From sequence record MZ726793.1: a stretch of DNA of 64,000 bases; one strand, 5' to 3'. Below the pieces are notes generated by a model, which worked only from the letters and a program-made list of their open reading frames with translations, was not told the origin of the DNA and ran no database searches. This document shows positions 42,379 to 51,803 of the stretch, piece after piece. The position numbers and the translations under genes were made by a program. How positions within the stretch are numbered: position 1 is the first letter of the stretch; every line of letters begins with the position of its first letter. This stretch comes from Escherichia phage vB_EcoM_ASO2A.

Positions 42379-44619
42379 TCACATTTTGCAAGCTTCACAA
42401 CCACCATCAGAATCTTCTTGTGCTAAAGAGTCTGCTGATTTTGTTCTACTGTTAAGGTAATACAATGACTTGCCACCCAGTCTAGCAAAATTCAGAATAA
42501 ACTGCATCTCAGCTTTCACTGATAAACGTCCACCTACCAATTTAGAATAATCTAGCCAAGAATCACAAGAAATTCCTTGGTCCGTAAACTTGGTAAAGAT
42601 ACCATACATTTCTGCAAGATCTTTAGCCGGAGTGTCCCAGGCAGACTGGTAGAACATTTTCAGTTTTTCATAGTCTGGAACAATAAATAATACACTACCT
42701 TTCTGACTTTGTTTATACATAATAGTATCACGAACAGGATACAGAGAGTTAGTAGTATTGCTTACCAAACTGCTGGACTCATTAGGTGCAATAGCAGCCA
42801 AGACACTGTTACGGATACCACCTTGTTCAATGATTTCAGCACGTAAGCCTTCCCAGTCCATTTTAAGATCAAAATTACCGATACTATCTACTGTTTTAGC
42901 ATAAGTGTCAATTGGTAGCCAACCTTGAGGCCATTTGGTCTTATCGATCCATTCTGCATTACCTTTTTCCTTAGCCAGACGCAGAGAGGCTTTTGCCAAC
43001 CAAAAGTAATGACGTTCTGCAAGTTCATGCATTAATTTTTTAGCATAAGCGTCTGAATAATTTACAAAATTACTTGCCAAATAATGCGCTAAGTTTGTAA
43101 TGCCTACACCAATAGATCTACGTGCTTTAGCAGTTATTTCGTTATGTTTAAATGGATAATCCATTGTTTCAATAACGTTGTCAATTGTCAATACAGTGTA
43201 GTATGCAACATCCTCATATTCTTCAGGTAAGACACGACCAGCAACAATAGAAGATAAGAAGCATAAAGCCAATTCTTGATTTTCTGTATTCTCACCAGTA
43301 AAGAGATCCGGCATACTGTGGAAAGCTTTAGTTGGTAAGAAGATCTCTTGACACAGGTTTGATTGATACACCGTATCCAGGAAAGGTGTATGGTTGTTAA
43401 CGTTGTCAGCAAAGAACATGTAAATACGTCCTGTTTCTGCACGTTGAACAATAATCTCTGTCAGAAGATCACGAGCCTTAACAAATTTTTTCTTAATGCG
43501 ACGACGGCTTACTTTGTCATAAACTGCATCAAACTCTTCTTCACTTTTATACAAAGCTTCATAAAGTTCAGGAGCATCATCACAACTAACTAACATCCAA
43601 TCTTCGTTTTTTGCTGCTCGACGCAAGAACGAACGGTTAACAACAATAGAATAATCCAGTTTGTCTACTCGTTTATCTATAGGTGTTGTTGGATTCTTCA
43701 GTCGAATCAGATCGTCGAAGTCTGGTTCAAGTATGGTAAAGGTAACTGTAGCACTACCTCCACGGCTTGCTTGCTTCGAAGCTCCAACACTATCTTCCAT
43801 CCATTTCAGATACGGAAGAAGACCACCATGAATAATACGATTATTCTTAACACCTTGACCTGTGGCACGAGTTTGAAGATTAACACCAATACCTGCGTTA
43901 TTCAACGTATACTCATGAGCTAAGTAATTAGCAATGGCTAAAGACTCTGCCGTATCGTCTGCACGGAACAAACAACAAGACGCACTTCCTTTGATTGGAG
44001 TTCGTAGAGTTGTCAGATACGGCGATGGCAGATTAATCTTAAGATCGCTAACATAAGTATAAAGTTTTTTAATATCTTCTATACGGCGTTCTTTTGGTTG
44101 GATCTCCATAACCTTCATTGCGATACCAATGAAAAGAAACTGTGGAGACTCATGCACCACATCGTTTACTGCATCTCGAATAAGATATTTATCTACCATC
44201 TGACGTAAAACAGAATAACCATAAGTTAGATTTTTATTATGCTTTACAATCTTACCGATTTCTTTGATCTCTTCATCAGTATAATCCATTTTAGCCCAAT
44301 GTCCACGTTCTACCATATCATGATAAAAGGTATTCAGTGAAGGGATACTGTGGTATCCCCCATGAGCCTGTTTGTAAATCATACCCAGAAGAAGTCTTCC
44401 TGCCATATCACTGTAAGCTTGTGTTTTCTTGTCAATACACGCTGCAATCATTGCTTTATGCAGATCACGTGTAGACACACCGTCATAACACCGCTTCACA
44501 GCTTCTAATTCAATTTCAGACCAGTTTAGTTTACCTGCTGCAAATTCAGACCACTTGCGAAGTTTTTCTGGATTAAACTCCTCTGTCTTACCGTTAGATT
44601 TAGTTACAAAACGAATCAA
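42379..44619 (-). CDS. nrdA: ribonucleotide reductase class Ia alpha subunit
   Basis: 746 aa; N-terminal ATP-cone-like VTKSNGKTEEFNPEKL, ..SCCL.., NLCQEI, C-terminal CEAC pair; TTG start after gggaggag. Confidence 0.95.
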   Translation of the reverse strand: MIRFVTKSNGKTEEFNPEKLRKWSEFAAGKLNWSEIELEAVKRCYDGVSTRDLHKAMIAACIDKKTQAYSDMAGRLLLGMIYKQAHGGYHSIPSLNTFYHDMVERGHWAKMDYTDEEIKEIGKIVKHNKNLTYGYSVLRQMVDKYLIRDAVNDVVHESPQFLFIGIAMKVMEIQPKERRIEDIKKLYTYVSDLKINLPSPYLTTLRTPIKGSASCCLFRADDTAESLAIANYLAHEYTLNNAGIGVNLQTRATGQGVKNNRIIHGGLLPYLKWMEDSVGASKQASRGGSATVTFTILEPDFDDLIRLKNPTTPIDKRVDKLDYSIVVNRSFLRRAAKNEDWMLVSCDDAPELYEALYKSEEEFDAVYDKVSRRRIKKKFVKARDLLTEIIVQRAETGRIYMFFADNVNNHTPFLDTVYQSNLCQEIFLPTKAFHSMPDLFTGENTENQELALCFLSSIVAGRVLPEEYEDVAYYTVLTIDNVIETMDYPFKHNEITAKARRSIGVGITNLAHYLASNFVNYSDAYAKKLMHELAERHYFWLAKASLRLAKEKGNAEWIDKTKWPQGWLPIDTYAKTVDSIGNFDLKMDWEGLRAEIIEQGGIRNSVLAAIAPNESSSLVSNTTNSLYPVRDTIMYKQSQKGSVLFIVPDYEKLKMFYQSAWDTPAKDLAEMYGIFTKFTDQGISCDSWLDYSKLVGGRLSVKAEMQFILNFARLGGKSLYYLNSRTKSADSLAQEDSDGGCEACKM

Positions 44620-44635
44620 CTTCTCCTCCCTATTA

Positions 44636-44878
44636 TTAATGCATATTCAAAACATCTACATCATAACCGAACTTCATTTCATTAAAAAGTCCATTAGCAT
44701 ATAGAAAACCTTCAAAATGAGTTATGTCATCAAACCCTTTTGCTTTTGCTCGACGGTCTGCTTCTTGTCTTTTAGGAGATAAACGTTTTGAAGTGTCTAG
44801 AATTACAGTTACATTACAACCAACAGTTTCATCAAAATAGACTTCGATTTCACAGCCTTCATATTTATTATCAGTCAT
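44636..44878 (-). CDS. hypothetical protein (80 aa)
   Basis: ATG 44878 after gagaggg; alternative start at 44890. Confidence 0.5.
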   Translation of the reverse strand: MTDNKYEGCEIEVYFDETVGCNVTVILDTSKRLSPKRQEADRRAKAKGFDDITHFEGFLYANGLFNEMKFGYDVDVLNMH

Positions 44879-44886
44879 TGTCCCTC

Positions 44887-45297
44887 TCATTGATTAGTAT
44901 CATCTGCTTTCGCAGGATCATAAGAGTTACCGAAATCATCCATCTTAATATGTGACGCACCCCAACCTGTAAATTCTTCATCACCAAAATGAAAAATATC
45001 ATTTTCTTGATAGATTCGTTTAAAACCACAATTAGGTGAAACAGGGAAAGTGAAAAGCGTTGTATTTGAAAACACTACTCGCTTATCGTTATTGCTTCGG
45101 ATATTCACATTACGCTCAACAGAATAGTGTGAATCTTCAGCCATACCCAGCATTACAAGCGACGCTCTAATAACAGCATTTTGTTTCTCGTGTGGGATAT
45201 TGCCATTGTGTTTATTTGATTCTAGTTTCCAGATAGGGGTAGACATTACAGTAGACATGCTTACGGTAGCCCAAGTTGTAGTATTTACTAATGACAT
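44887..45297 (-). CDS. hypothetical protein (136 aa)
   Basis: SD aaggag then ATG 45297. Confidence 0.55.
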   Translation of the reverse strand: MSLVNTTTWATVSMSTVMSTPIWKLESNKHNGNIPHEKQNAVIRASLVMLGMAEDSHYSVERNVNIRSNNDKRVVFSNTTLFTFPVSPNCGFKRIYQENDIFHFGDEEFTGWGASHIKMDDFGNSYDPAKADDTNQ

Positions 45298-45351
45298 ATT
45301 TTCTCCTTCATTTTGAATGGGAGGACTCACCTCCTCCCAGTATTGTGCTAT

Positions 45352-45379
45352 ATTATACTAAAACTAATACTAAAGTCAA
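45352..45379 (-). promoter_or_regulatory. sigma70-type promoter followed by a GGAGG-containing leader hairpin
   Basis: minus strand TTGACT (45379-45374), TATAAT (45357-45352); leader hairpin GGGAGGAggtgagTCCTCCC at 45338-45319. Confidence 0.6.
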
Positions 45380-45395
45380 TAACTATTTAAACAGA

Positions 45396-46394
45396 TCACC
45401 ATTTAGTATGATTTGTTAAAAGTTGACGATGTTGAATCCAGCCTTTGAAATTGCCAGACCAAAACTTACCATTACGATCTACATGGGTAATACCTGGTTC
45501 CCAAGAGTTAAAATCCCAAGGAGCATTGATAAACAAATCTTCAAAACAGTTCTCTCCATATTGTTCGCATGTTTCTTGAATTGGAGTGGCTTGATGTTCA
45601 AACGGAGAAGCATGAACCTTGCGCCCAGTCAGCAAACGACCATAGATATCTAAAGCTTTATCTTTAGTTGCATTTAAACGACGATAGCTAACCTGTGCAC
45701 AACATGAAGCTGAAATAGCTTTGGCTTCTTCCAAGGTAAGCACAACAACTTCTCCAGATTCATCTTGAACGTAGTATCCACCAAAAACAAAATGATCGTC
45801 ACCTTCTGTGCCAATATTATCGTAGAAATGGTCTACATAAGGTGTGTGCCATTGCCCTGGTTTCAGCACTTCTGGTGTAGATCCTTCATACTCTTTGTGC
45901 ATCTCTTTAGCCAAAGCTTCGATAGTAGGATCGGCTTCTTTGTCATCACGTAGCCACCAGAAATTTTCATATTCTGTTGCTGTCAGAACTGTTTTAATTC
46001 GTTGGAAAGGTTCCAGAAGACGGTTTGCAACTTGTTTGTGGTACCCTGCCAAAGAGAATTCTTCTGCAAAACGTGCTGCACTAAGCGCGGCAAGATCCCA
46101 CCACTCTTGAGCAGTATAACCTGCATCAATAAGAGCGTCATGATCAACACCTTTATCCTGCATACCAGGTTGGTTAGCCCCAAAACGATAAGGACGAGCA
46201 GGTTGATTTCGCACCATTTCAATCAGTGTTTTAACAGGTATAGCACGGCTAGAAGCAGCATTACGACTGAACAGGCGGTGAGTCATCAATTCTGAATGAA
46301 TAATACGTGGATATTCTAGTTCAAAAGTTACAATCTCTTTTCCGTCTTCAGTGATGGAATGCGCAATAATACTAGCCGAAATCTGTTTTGTCAT
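45396..46394 (-). CDS. thyX: flavin-dependent thymidylate synthase
   Basis: THRLFSRNAASSRA matches the ThyX RHRxxSxxxxSxR motif; SD taaggag; 332 aa, longer than typical. Confidence 0.85.
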   Translation of the reverse strand: MTKQISASIIAHSITEDGKEIVTFELEYPRIIHSELMTHRLFSRNAASSRAIPVKTLIEMVRNQPARPYRFGANQPGMQDKGVDHDALIDAGYTAQEWWDLAALSAARFAEEFSLAGYHKQVANRLLEPFQRIKTVLTATEYENFWWLRDDKEADPTIEALAKEMHKEYEGSTPEVLKPGQWHTPYVDHFYDNIGTEGDDHFVFGGYYVQDESGEVVVLTLEEAKAISASCCAQVSYRRLNATKDKALDIYGRLLTGRKVHASPFEHQATPIQETCEQYGENCFEDLFINAPWDFNSWEPGITHVDRNGKFWSGNFKGWIQHRQLLTNHTKW

Positions 46395-46403
46395 TTTTTC
46401 TCC

Positions 46404-47012
46404 TTAGTTTTTAAAATTGTTCAAAGTGTTAAAAACATCCAAACATGTTAGCCACTGATCTTCTAAACCTGTGATCACAACATTTGGTTTTTTCTTTAGT
46501 TCTTCTAGATGGTTATCTTTATAAGGCGTATTAAAATATATTTTAACCACTTCATCTGGAAAATATAGTAGGTTATCAGCCCTGTCATCTATTGCTATAT
46601 CACAAGGCAATAAGTATTTTTCTTTCGTAGCAAAAAAGCCGTTACCAGATCCTTTGCTAAAATCAATCGTATCTAACGTTCTTAAAACATGCTTATGTTT
46701 AGAACTTAAGTGACCACCTTTTGTCACACTTGCGATCAAAAGATTGCTACCTTTCCTTGAAACATACTTTAAGAAATCTGGCATACCTGGAACAAAACCC
46801 ATTGTATCATAGAGATGAGGATTATCCAGAAATCCGTAAGGATCTATATTGAACTCCTCCCTGAAACCAGGAAAGTAGTTGGTAAGATCATAGTCTGCAT
46901 TTTTTGTGAATGTGTCTATCTTAACACCAAGTCCACTAATCTTATTCAACCATTCTAACCAAGCAACATCTAATGGAGCCACAACTAAATCCCAATCACA
47001 TACTATCTGCAT
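46404..47012 (-). CDS. HAD-superfamily phosphatase, 5'(3')-deoxyribonucleotidase-like
   Basis: VCDWDLVV (DxDxV motif I), LLIASV, SKHKH, IAIDDRADN. Confidence 0.55.
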   Translation of the reverse strand: MQIVCDWDLVVAPLDVAWLEWLNKISGLGVKIDTFTKNADYDLTNYFPGFREEFNIDPYGFLDNPHLYDTMGFVPGMPDFLKYVSRKGSNLLIASVTKGGHLSSKHKHVLRTLDTIDFSKGSGNGFFATKEKYLLPCDIAIDDRADNLLYFPDEVVKIYFNTPYKDNHLEELKKKPNVVITGLEDQWLTCLDVFNTLNNFKN

Positions 47013-47030
47013 AAAACCTCCTCTCTCTTT

Positions 47031-47059
47031 TAGTATAGTTATCTTATACTAACTTTCAA
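47031..47059 (-). promoter_or_regulatory. possible promoter
   Basis: minus strand TTGCAG (47059-47054), 17 nt, TAAGAT (47036-47031). Confidence 0.35.
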
Positions 47060-47624
47060 TTTCCTGCAATAGGATTTTGACTATTTGTTTGCGGCGTTTC
47101 GCTACTGTGCTTTCAGGTTCTATTTTACGCTTCTTCAACCAAGCTTTATCTTTCTTAGCTCTACACAAAGCTATTGCTTCTTTTTCAGCTTTCGCTTCTT
47201 CAAAAGATATACCTTGTTTATCTGCATAAGCAAGAATAGAGTTGCACAATTTACAAACCATTCGCAAATCTTCTTCTTTCACATAGATCAAACGGAAAAC
47301 AAAAAGGGGAATATCCTCAAAACATTGAAGTTGTTTTGCTGCGTGAATATGATCCACTTGGAAGTCTTTCATTCCTCCTCTGTGTCCACATATTTCGCAC
47401 TCACAATTCCAAACTTGTTTTGGTTTTCCAGTTTTCTTGTCTATCATCACATTGCCGTCTTTATCTACACGATCAACTTTAAAACGCCTTGCATTGATAA
47501 CCTTAATTTTATTAGGGTGTCTCATCCATGCTTTTCTAAAACATCCCCTAAGATAAGTATAAAATTCAGCTTGTGTTTTCCAGGGTGTTCCTTCACCCCA
47601 CATTATTTTTGGTTCACCTGCCAA
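47049..47624 (-). CDS. HNH-type homing endonuclease-like protein (191 aa)
   Basis: CECEICGH...FQVDHIH...CKLCNS (CxxC..DH..H..CxxCN); TTG start after aaggtgag. Confidence 0.6.
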   Translation of the reverse strand: MAGEPKIMWGEGTPWKTQAEFYTYLRGCFRKAWMRHPNKIKVINARRFKVDRVDKDGNVMIDKKTGKPKQVWNCECEICGHRGGMKDFQVDHIHAAKQLQCFEDIPLFVFRLIYVKEEDLRMVCKLCNSILAYADKQGISFEEAKAEKEAIALCRAKKDKAWLKKRKIEPESTVAKRRKQIVKILLQEIES

Positions 47625-47808
47625 TATTGCTCACCTTTTTAGCTGTATATTCCCCTGGTGGGATATTGTGTTTAAAAAACAAAAGGCGGTCTAACCCCGC
47701 CTTGCACATTGTTTCTGGAATAGTCAAAGTTAGTAAAAGTTTATCACCTTTTCGGTTGAATATTTTATAAACTTCTCCTGCTCCATATTGTTTAGTATTG
47801 CTCGCCAC
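47614..47808 (-). CDS. small protein, possibly AbrB/SpoVT-like fold (64 aa)
   Basis: GTG 47808 after aaggaa; KGDKLLLTLTIPETMCKAGL; start uncertain. Confidence 0.35.
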   Translation of the reverse strand: MASNTKQYGAGEVYKIFNRKGDKLLLTLTIPETMCKAGLDRLLFFKHNIPPGEYTAKKVSNIGR

Positions 47809-48193
47809 TAATACGTTCCTTAAGTTGTTTAATAGCTTCGATTGCATCTAAATAAGAAGAGTTATACATGTGTTTCAGTGCTACTCGTACTAAAGGATCT
47901 TTTGTGAAGAAATCAATAAGAAGCATAGCTTGATCATGTTTAGCTGCATTTGTCATAGATGGATAATTTTCACGAACCATATACGTGCTATTTTGCATAA
48001 GGGTTCTTTCTAGTTCAATACAATGAATAGCTTTATCTAGGTTAATCTGACGTTCACCTTTAATACGTGTTGCGTATTTTGCCAATTTGCAAAAACAAGG
48101 TGTGCCACCAACCAAATAAGCTAGTTCAATAGGTTGCATTGCCATTTTTGTGTAGTGATCACCGTCAACCTGATTATCAAAAGCATTAGACAT
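47792..48193 (-). CDS. DUF3310-type protein (T7 gp1.7 nucleotide-kinase-like family)
   Basis: QVDGDHYTKMAMQPIELAY...FCKLAKYATR.KGE...DLDKAIHC pattern. Confidence 0.55.
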   Translation of the reverse strand: MSNAFDNQVDGDHYTKMAMQPIELAYLVGGTPCFCKLAKYATRIKGERQINLDKAIHCIELERTLMQNSTYMVRENYPSMTNAAKHDQAMLLIDFFTKDPLVRVALKHMYNSSYLDAIEAIKQLKERISGEQY

Positions 48194-48413
48194 AATTTTC
48201 CTCCTGAATTCCTACTGCACCTTCTTCTGGGTAGTCTGCATAATAAGCTACCCTACCTTGATAGATAACATCACCATCATTATTGTAGATTGCTGTATCT
48301 TCTTGAATTGTTATTTCAACATCAAGTAAATCTGGGTCTTTCTCGATGGTATAGTTCAAACCTAACATTTCAAACAGTTCGAAAATTTCGTTACCTGTTA
48401 ATGTAATGCTCAT
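48186..48413 (-). CDS. hypothetical protein (75 aa)
   Basis: SD aaaggagg then ATG 48413. Confidence 0.55.
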   Translation of the reverse strand: MSITLTGNEIFELFEMLGLNYTIEKDPDLLDVEITIQEDTAIYNNDGDVIYQGRVAYYADYPEEGAVGIQEENYV

Positions 48414-48440
48414 ATTTCCTCCTTTTATTGTGGTTAGCAG

Positions 48441-48469
48441 AGTATACACTAATATAAAATTTTTGTCAA
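48441..48469 (-). promoter_or_regulatory. sigma70-type promoter
   Basis: minus strand TTGACA (48469-48464), 17 nt, TATACT (48446-48441). Confidence 0.6.
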
Positions 48470-48472
48470 TAA

Positions 48473-48495
48473 AAAAGGGAGCAATAAGCTCCCTG
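48473..48495 (-). terminator. Rho-independent terminator
   Basis: minus strand GGGAGCttattGCTCCC + tttttt. Confidence 0.65.
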
Positions 48496-48499
48496 ATTA

Positions 48500-49459
48500 T
48501 TAGATTCCAATAATAGTTGCTGCTCGTTTATCCTTGGATCTGGTGTTTGCTCTACTACGTGACAAACCGCCGCAAGATTCACAACGAATGATATCGAAAG
48601 AACTTACCGCAGTGTGGTATTGTTTACCAGTAACAACGTGAACGTGATCACTGCCACAACGAGAACAACGGACCTTCTCATCTGGGTAATAAGCGGATAA
48701 GTTAGGATGCTGTGGAATCCACGGAAGGATTTTCATATACAAATCACGGAGTGAAACAACATCACCATCATTGTAAATCTGCATACGTTCAAAAGCATCA
48801 CGATCACCTTCACAACATGCTTTCCATAAAGGGAATCCCTCGTTATCCAGTTTTTCACTTTCTGTTTCGAAATATGCTCCCATTTCTTTAAGGGAGTTGG
48901 AAGGAAGTGCAAATTGTTTCTTAGCTGCCTTCAATGTATCAACAACTACATAATTAGAAGGAGGAGCCATATCGTGATATGCAAATCGTTGGTTAATGTA
49001 TGCACGGTCAAACTTATACCCGTTGTGTGCCACAACTACATCTGCCTCATTCAGAAGGTTCCAAAGATCTTGGCAAAGCTCCCAATCATCTGTATGATCA
49101 ATATCAAAAAGAGGATAAGAAGACAAGTTCTTACCTTCCACTTCACCAGTATACAGGTCAGCAGAAGAGTAAGATAACAAATAACCCCTACGAATTACTT
49201 GATCTGGAGAAATGAAGGCTTTGAATCGACGGAAAGTATATGCAATCTCTGGTGCAGTTTCAACATCAATAATTTTAATAACGGGTTGTTTCTTTTTAAC
49301 TGGCTCTTGTTTACTTGCTCCAAATCGTGCAAGGAAATCGTTCACTGTGCTTTTTCTTGTTGGACTACCTAAAACAATTGCTGCAATATTACGAGAAGAC
49401 ATACCCTCTGCACTCATACTAAGGATATCTGCTTTCTGCTCTTCTGTTAATCTGCTCAC
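48500..49459 (-). CDS. DEDDy-type 3'-5' exonuclease (RNase H-like fold) with N-terminal HTH and C-terminal zinc ribbon
   Basis: IIDVETAP (Exo I), VVAHNGYKFD (Exo II), YNDGDV (Exo III), CSRCGS...CESCGG. Confidence 0.65.
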   Translation of the reverse strand: MSRLTEEQKADILSMSAEGMSSRNIAAIVLGSPTRKSTVNDFLARFGASKQEPVKKKQPVIKIIDVETAPEIAYTFRRFKAFISPDQVIRRGYLLSYSSADLYTGEVEGKNLSSYPLFDIDHTDDWELCQDLWNLLNEADVVVAHNGYKFDRAYINQRFAYHDMAPPSNYVVVDTLKAAKKQFALPSNSLKEMGAYFETESEKLDNEGFPLWKACCEGDRDAFERMQIYNDGDVVSLRDLYMKILPWIPQHPNLSAYYPDEKVRCSRCGSDHVHVVTGKQYHTAVSSFDIIRCESCGGLSRSRANTRSKDKRAATIIGI

Positions 49460-50574
49460 TCTGCCTCCTGTTGTGAGATGTATGACTGAAGCATACTCTC
49501 AAATGTTGTATCGTCATTATCCCAGCGTTTCATGTATACCAACTGGAAAATTGTTTCTATCCATTCATCTGTTGTCATATGGACTTCTTCTCCATCCCAA
49601 GAAGTAAAATTAACACCATCTGGGAACCATGAGTAGTAAGTATCTTTAACTGTTTGGAAAAGTTCTGCTTGAGTTTTACAAGCTGAAAGAAGATTAAAAC
49701 AAGTAATATCTCCGAACTTAATATCAAAATCTTGATAAGGTCGGATACTATCTGTTTTATCTCCCATTAGCATCTGATATGCTAACCAGTAACTGCCCCA
49801 ACCTTTAACTTCTTTCTTTTTACCTTTATCTACGATCCATATATCGCCAATAGACTCGTCAATAAGAATTATATCTGGATTTTTAAATACTCCATCCTCT
49901 TTGTAGAAATTAAAAAGGATACTAGGAGTATGTAAACTATCTTTATCTATAGATACTACGATATAAGAAAATTTACCCGTCCTTTTATAATCTTTATAAC
50001 CTTGGAAACCATACTTCTCTAACTCATCATCAGCTTCTATTACAGTAACAACATCACCATTGTGGAACTCCACAAGATAATCTTTGGTTTCTGAAAGCTG
50101 AAGTGGTTTGATATCTAATCGTTCAGATTTATATTCTACAGGCATTTTGAAGGCGTGTCTGAAAGTTTTTCCTACGCCAATAACTCCGCAATATTTTTCT
50201 AAACGTAGATGTTTTAGAATACCTAAGACTTTTGTTTTAGCTGCTTGGAAGGTGTGTCCGATATCTTCTGGCGGGTATTGCTTATCAATGATTTCGAACT
50301 CTTCCTTTGTGAAGGGACGTTTGTTTTTGGAGGATCTTTCTGCATTTGTATCTCCTAGCCAACCTCCAATTTTAGTCTTGCTTTTACCCCAAAACTCTGT
50401 CTTATTTTTAAATTCCTTTTGAGCACCTGAAGGGATGTGCTTCGCAATGATTGTTCTTTTCTCTAATGCAGACGCTGCTTGGAAAGCGATCTGATCATAA
50501 TCAATTGCAGCTATTGTTTCTTCATTGACATATAAATGAAGATCTTCAGGTTTAATTAAAATATAACCGCTAAT
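49456..50574 (-). CDS. T7 gp6-like 5'-3' exonuclease (FEN family); no canonical start codon, AUU 50574 proposed
   Basis: The frame is open from 50586 to 49456. The N-terminal AIDYDQIAFQAASA resembles T7 gp6 VMDGDWLVFQAMSA. SIDKD and LMGDKTDSI motifs are present. The first ATG/GTG/TTG is codon 148 (50145). Confidence 0.6.
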   Translation of the reverse strand: MSGYILIKPEDLHLYVNEETIAAIDYDQIAFQAASALEKRTIIAKHIPSGAQKEFKNKTEFWGKSKTKIGGWLGDTNAERSSKNKRPFTKEEFEIIDKQYPPEDIGHTFQAAKTKVLGILKHLRLEKYCGVIGVGKTFRHAFKMPVEYKSERLDIKPLQLSETKDYLVEFHNGDVVTVIEADDELEKYGFQGYKDYKRTGKFSYIVVSIDKDSLHTPSILFNFYKEDGVFKNPDIILIDESIGDIWIVDKGKKKEVKGWGSYWLAYQMLMGDKTDSIRPYQDFDIKFGDITCFNLLSACKTQAELFQTVKDTYYSWFPDGVNFTSWDGEEVHMTTDEWIETIFQLVYMKRWDNDDTTFESMLQSYISQQEAE

Positions 50575-50586
50575 ATTTCCCCCTAG

Positions 50587-50796
50587 TTATTCATCGTCAT
50601 CCTCTGTTGAGAATGTTTTAGTATACGGACATTGACGACTTTTCGGGATTGCTATAACTTCATCTTGGTTAGCGTTAGAATAGTAGCAATATTTTGTATT
50701 GCCATTAACTTCAGAATCAGACAAGATTAAAGTAATTTGACCTGCTGCTACTGTGAAACTAAAAGCTAAAAGAACGACTGTCAGAATCTTTTTCAT
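50587..50796 (-). CDS. small secreted protein with signal peptide (69 aa)
   Basis: SD taggagg; MKKILTVVLLAFSFTVAAG-Q; two Cys. Confidence 0.6.
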   Translation of the reverse strand: MKKILTVVLLAFSFTVAAGQITLILSDSEVNGNTKYCYYSNANQDEVIAIPKSRQCPYTKTFSTEDDDE

Positions 50797-50805
50797 AACG
50801 CCTCC

Positions 50806-50831
50806 TAAAAAGCCTACCTCATTAAGTAGGT
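50806..50831 (-). terminator. Rho-independent terminator
   Basis: minus strand GCCTACCTacttaatgAGGTAGGC + ttttt. Confidence 0.65.
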
Positions 50832-50868
50832 AGGCATAATATCATAACTAATCCCGCAAGTCAAGAAC

Positions 50869-51747
50869 TTATTTAAGGATTGTTGCTTTGGTTAAATCTT
50901 CCATCAGACCTCGAATCTCATTGAAGCACAGAAGGACTGAAGCTTCAATACTGCCTTCTTCGTCTGCAAAATATTTCGGAAAACGTAGTTTAGAAAGTTT
51001 AAACTCTTTATCCACTACGAAATCTACAACACCGTCATATTCAAGACCGATTGCAACAACATCTTTACCATCTTCTTTTAGTTCGACAGCTTTAGACTCG
51101 TATAGGGATTCTTTACTCCAAACAACAACGCCCTCGCTATCCTCCATTTTGATATAATTTCCGAGAGTAATACGATCTGCTTCGTGATTCTCCAGCAATT
51201 CACCAAAACCTTTTACAATAGCTTCTTCATGCACACTAAAACCTACCGAAGGGAAAGTCCCCAGAACGGAACGGAGGAAAGAAGTAATCTCTTCTGCAAC
51301 CTTTTTACTTCCATTAAGAACATAAAGAAGATTCGTAGTTTTATCCAAGACAACATAGTTAAAGAAATCTTCAGGTTCTGTTTCAGGCAATAGTGCAAAT
51401 TCAATATCTTCCTTCATTGCTTTTACTACTTCTTTATCGACATAAAACTCTTTACCTTCGCTCTCCATGTCCTGACGCATTTCTTCTAGACGTTCATTCA
51501 GAATACGTTTAACTTTCTTTTTATCTACCTTCTTCACAGATTGACCTACATTAAGCAGTTCAAGATCTGAAAACTCTTTTACAAATTTAGAGTCATCTTC
51601 GAAACGAACAAGACCGATAGTGTGTGACTGGGAGCCTTCTGCTGTTACAAATTCCAGAGGAATATCTGTAATGTTGTTAAGGGATGCTACAGAAGCATTG
51701 TCACCAACAACCATAGGCAGAGCGGATTTAAAAGATTTTACAAACAT
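50869..51747 (-). CDS. RdgC-like recombination-associated protein (292 aa)
   Basis: size and MF.K N-terminus; VLDKTTNLLYVLNGSKKVAEEITSFLRSVLGTFPSV resembles RdgC [36 protein letters not shown]. Confidence 0.45.
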   Translation of the reverse strand: MFVKSFKSALPMVVGDNASVASLNNITDIPLEFVTAEGSQSHTIGLVRFEDDSKFVKEFSDLELLNVGQSVKKVDKKKVKRILNERLEEMRQDMESEGKEFYVDKEVVKAMKEDIEFALLPETEPEDFFNYVVLDKTTNLLYVLNGSKKVAEEITSFLRSVLGTFPSVGFSVHEEAIVKGFGELLENHEADRITLGNYIKMEDSEGVVVWSKESLYESKAVELKEDGKDVVAIGLEYDGVVDFVVDKEFKLSKLRFPKYFADEEGSIEASVLLCFNEIRGLMEDLTKATILK

Positions 51748-51803
51748 GTTTCCTCCTATTTAATACATCTCACATTACCGCCCGTAAAGGGCGGCTTACA
51801 ACA

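Noticed and set aside
45423-46295. Several 60-100-aa ORFs on both strands inside 45396-46394
   Set aside because: They overlap thyX in alternative frames. None has an SD site or a recognisable motif.
47085-47642. 185-aa plus-strand ORF
   Set aside because: It is antisense to the HNH endonuclease gene. Its Phe/Ser-rich translation is typical of the reverse frame of a Lys/Glu-rich gene, and it has no SD site.
50140-50300. Apparent frameshift splitting the gp6-like exonuclease gene into two ORFs
   Set aside because: On a first pass I dropped one C when reverse-complementing gcgggtattg (50271-50280). With the CCC run read correctly the frame is continuous from 50586 to 49456. The real anomaly is only the missing canonical start codon.
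50587-50796. Stop-codon readthrough fusing the signal-peptide protein to the downstream exonuclease (same frame)
   Set aside because: A secreted leader fused to a DNA exonuclease makes no functional sense, and the TAA stop has no known readthrough context. Reinitiation at AUU is the simpler reading.
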